A stretch of 64,000 bases of DNA from Acidimicrobiales bacterium (GTDB lineage Bacteria; Actinomycetota; Acidimicrobiia; Acidimicrobiales; VFJN01): positions 4,484 to 68,483 of the forward strand of contig DASSDL010000224.1 of the NCBI GenBank assembly GCA_035697145.1, given 5' to 3'. The first letter of the stretch is position 1; every line of letters starts with the position of its first letter. This document shows, piece by piece, positions 62,716-64,000 of the stretch. A program made the translations under genes and the position numbers. The notes beneath the pieces are model-generated. The model did not search any database. It was not told the DNA's origin and saw nothing but the letters and a program-made list of their open reading frames with translations.

Positions 62716-63123
62716 TCAGTCGCTCTCGGGCCGCCACGCCCGGGAGCGCTTGCGTTCGGCGGCGCGGCGCTTGGCCTCGAGCCGGGCCTCACGTGCGGCG
62801 CGCGACGGGCGGGTGGGACGGCGGGGGGCAACGACCGTCGCCGCATCGTCGAGGGTGGCGGCGAGCCGGCCCCGGGCGATTGTCCGGTTGCGCCACTGCG
62901 AACGCGATTCGTCGGCGCGCACGCGCACGACCGGACCCATGCGCTCGCGCACTCGGTCGGCGCCGGGCCCGTCGAGCGCCGTCAGGTCGGCCACGACCTC
63001 CACCGCGGACGCGGTGACGTTGCGGTGCTGGCCGCCGGGCCCCGACCCGCGCGCGAACCGCTCGTCGAGCGCGGCCGCCGGGAGGCGCAGCCCGCGCCGC
63101 GTCACGAGGTCGCCGTCACTCAT
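62716..63123 (-). CDS. arfB: alternative ribosome-rescue factor ArfB (peptidyl-tRNA hydrolase, GGQ)
   Basis: 135 aa. RGSGPGGQHRNVTASAVE (GGQ motif) and a basic tail PRRPTRPSRAAREARLEAKRRAAERKRSR. ATGA overlap with the permease stop. Confidence 0.85.
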   Translation of the reverse strand: MSDGDLVTRRGLRLPAAALDERFARGSGPGGQHRNVTASAVEVVADLTALDGPGADRVRERMGPVVRVRADESRSQWRNRTIARGRLAATLDDAATVVAPRRPTRPSRAAREARLEAKRRAAERKRSRAWRPESD

Positions 63124-63908
63124 GGCAGGAGGAGCGCGCCGAGGCGGCGGCCGGCGACACGGATCCCGACCCCGCCCACGGCCGCCAGGTAGGCGGCGTT
63201 CAGCAGCAAGGTGGGCGAGAGATCGCCGAGGATGAGCGCCCGCTCCAGGGCGACCCCCTGGTAGAGGGGACTGATCCGGACCACCCATTCGAGGGCCGCC
63301 GGGTACTGGCTCAGGGGGAAGAACGTGGCCGAGAACAAGAACAGCGGGACGATCGCGAGCTGCACGTAGTCGAAGTCCACGAACGAGCGCATGTAGGTGG
63401 TCAAGCCCATCCCGGCACCGGCGAAGCCGAAGCCGATGAGCAGGGCGGCCGGCAGTGCCAGCACGGCCCAGCCCGACGGCGTGAGGTCCATCGCCCACAT
63501 GGTCACCAGGAACACGCTGGCATAGAGCGTGGCTCGCAGCAGTGCCCACGTGACCTCGCCCCGCACCACGTCCTGCACGCCGAGCGGAGTGGCGAGCATC
63601 CCGTCGAACGTCCTGGCGTACTTGAACTTGAAGAAGAAGTTGAACGTCGTGTCGAACACCGTGCCGTTCATGGCCGAGGTCGCCAGCAGGGCGGGCGCGA
63701 CGAACACGTCGTAGGGGATCGGGCGGCCGCCGGGCCCCGGCAGGTCGCCCACCAGCTCGCCGACCCCGATGCCGATGGAGAACAGGTAGAAGACCGGTTC
63801 GAAGAAGCCGCTGAGGAAGACGGGCCACATCCGTAGGTAGGAACGGGTGTTGCGCTCGACGATCCGCAGGGCCCGCCGCGTGCCGAGCATCGCCACTGCG
63901 GTGCTCAT
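63120..63908 (-). CDS. ABC-2 type transporter permease
   Basis: MSTAVAMLGTRRALRIVERNTRSYLRMWPVFLSGFFEPVFYLFSIGIG... Six hydrophobic segments. ATG 63908 forms ATGA with the stop of the repeat mini-ORF. Confidence 0.8.
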   Translation of the reverse strand: MSTAVAMLGTRRALRIVERNTRSYLRMWPVFLSGFFEPVFYLFSIGIGVGELVGDLPGPGGRPIPYDVFVAPALLATSAMNGTVFDTTFNFFFKFKYARTFDGMLATPLGVQDVVRGEVTWALLRATLYASVFLVTMWAMDLTPSGWAVLALPAALLIGFGFAGAGMGLTTYMRSFVDFDYVQLAIVPLFLFSATFFPLSQYPAALEWVVRISPLYQGVALERALILGDLSPTLLLNAAYLAAVGGVGIRVAGRRLGALLLP

Positions 63909-63985
63909 TGCTTCCCGCTCTTGCTGCTTCGCACCGGGCTGCTCGGGCCACACTCGCTCTCTCGCCCTACGGGACGCTCGCTCAT
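63905..63985 (-). repeat. intercistronic ATGA-to-ATGA mini-ORF repeat, copy B (26 codons)
   Basis: Reverse strand ATGAGCGAGCGTCCCGTAGGGCGAGAGAGCGAGTGTGGCCCGAGCAGCCCGGTGCGAAGCAGCAAGAGCGGGAAGCAATGA encodes MSERPVGRESECGPSSPVRSSKSGKQ. It shares both ends with copy A. Confidence 0.8.
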
Positions 63986-64000
63986 GCCGCGAGCCTCCGT
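63982..64000 (-). CDS. 3' end of an upstream cistron (expected ABC ATP-binding subunit), partial
   Basis: Reverse frame ..RRLAA-TGA ends inside ATGA 63985..63982, the same geometry as tadA/copy A. Only 19 nt are visible. Alternatively the gene reads through the repeat in the other frame. Confidence 0.3.

Noticed and set aside
1-64000. Search for LexA SOS boxes (TCGAAC-N4-GTTCGA), CRISPR arrays, IS/transposase genes and rRNA.
   Set aside because: By eye, only isolated TCGAAC half-sites turned up (inside the tRNA and inside coding regions). No spaced identical repeats and no transposase-like ORFs were seen.

Overview
High-GC (roughly 70% by eye) Actinomycetota-type chromosome, densely coding on both strands. 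Many cistrons are joined by ATGA/GTGA or 1-nt stop/start overlaps. Everything here is by-eye motif recognition on the supplied translations; no searches were run, and start codons are the least certain coordinates.

Most of the window is core housekeeping:
- partial sigma-70 factor, NuoF-like flavoprotein, and an NAD salvage run (pncA-pncB-nadD)
- rsfS, tRNA-Ala(GGC), leuS
- FAAL, F420/LLM oxidoreductase, PAC2, an APH-like kinase, thioredoxin-TPR
- comEA-comEC-(DHPS-like)-holA, rpsT, lepA, hrcA-dnaJ-rsmE
- a BldD orthologue, hemW, an accD/accA fusion
- phoH-ybeY-corC, era, dinG, adnAB, yihY, uppS-recO
- an RDD protein, glyQS, MarR, MMPL, arfB, an ABC-2 permease

Non-core or unusual content:
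1. A complete Tad/Flp pilus locus (cpaB-tadZ-tadA-tadB-tadC-flp-tadE, 36.9-43.0 kb).
2. A second module of two pseudopilins, a membrane pseudokinase with FG-GAP-like repeats and a LysM membrane protein. It is translationally welded to the 3' end of phoH-ybeY-corC (29.0-32.1 kb).
3. A short repeat that forms an uninterrupted mini-ORF running exactly from one ATGA stop/start overlap to the next. It occurs twice: tadA|tadB at 40405-40554, and upstream-gene|ABC-2 permease at 63905-63985 on the other strand. It behaves like mycobacterial MIRUs and is the most novel-looking signal here.
4. A MarR -> ATP-grasp::GNAT fusion operon divergent from an MMPL exporter.
5. A small lower-GC islet of orphan ORFs plus an Xis-type HTH next to the Tad locus.

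No rRNA, CRISPR array, transposase or integrase was seen.
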